This document shows positions 21,787 through 22,054 of a stretch of 22,054 nucleotides of DNA, in pieces. Within the stretch, counting starts at the first letter, position 1. The number at the start of each line of letters is the position of its first letter. The position numbers and the translations under genes are program-made. The notes under the pieces are model-generated. The model was not told the DNA's origin and did no database searches. It was given only the letters and a program-made list of their open reading frames with translations. The DNA is from Psammoneis japonica (lineage: Eukaryota): positions 62,001 to 84,054 of the forward strand of contig QPGO01000287.1 of the NCBI GenBank assembly GCA_008632985.1. Reading direction: 5' to 3'.

Positions 21787-22053
21787 CTAAGGATTCGGCT
21801 CCTCTACCGCCTTTTCAGCCTCCTCACTTTCTTTTTCCGGCACATAGGTTCCCTTGACAACCTCCGTCGTAACAGCCGTAGTTCCGTCCGGTTGAATTGA
21901 TTGAGTGTATGTGACTGTCTGGGTTTCGGGTGGTCCTCGTTCTGGGCGAACCGATGGTTTGATGACAAAGCAGCAGAGTGCGGCCATGAACCAAATAACA
22001 ACAGAAGCAATGCTTGTATTATATCCCCAGTCACGTTCACATTCATCGGAACG
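21787..22053 (-). CDS. 3' end of a membrane protein gene (continues beyond the window)
   Basis: The frame is open to the window edge: RSDECERDWGYNTSIASVVIWFMAALCCFVIKP (final TM helix), then a Thr/Glu-rich tail ending in TAG at 21787-21789. Confidence 0.75.
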   Translation of the reverse strand, partial: RSDECERDWGYNTSIASVVIWFMAALCCFVIKPSVRPERGPPETQTVTYTQSIQPDGTTAVTTEVVKGTYVPEKESEEAEKAVEEPNP

Positions 22054-22054
22054 T

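Noticed and set aside
21804..22046. 80-aa minus-strand ORF MNVNVTGD...
   Set aside because: Overlaps the more protein-like frame 21787-22053, which is open to the window edge.

Overview
Eukaryotic genomic DNA, most consistent with a pennate diatom (inferred from gene style and retroelement ends; not verified). The window alternates between two states. Islands of normal composition carry intact genes: an F-box-like 596-aa protein (3582-5372 +), an RNI-like LRR protein (6597-7694 -), a His-motif membrane protein (20767-21465 +) and the 3' end of a membrane protein (21787->22054 -). Two large domains (1-~3110 and ~7800-~20500) have lost almost all CpG and TpA and are full of decayed genes (Crinkler-like NTPase+nuclease, ankyrin, actin-like, LRR, LINE tail). 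The main result comes from an internal duplication (~5750-7695 vs ~16900-18510) that gives a before/after alignment. The decayed copy has undergone systematic TA->TG/CA conversion (A:T->G:C at TpA) on top of the familiar CG->TG/CA. This is the reverse of fungal RIP (CA->TA), is confined to domains, and spares the intact copy. It points to a regional hypermutation or genome-defence process I do not recognise as described. Also present: a 5'-truncated LINE with an 11-bp target-site duplication, a young DNA-transposon-like end next to an assembly gap, and several tandem repeats. Most short ORFs in the supplied track are artefacts of TAA/TAG loss.
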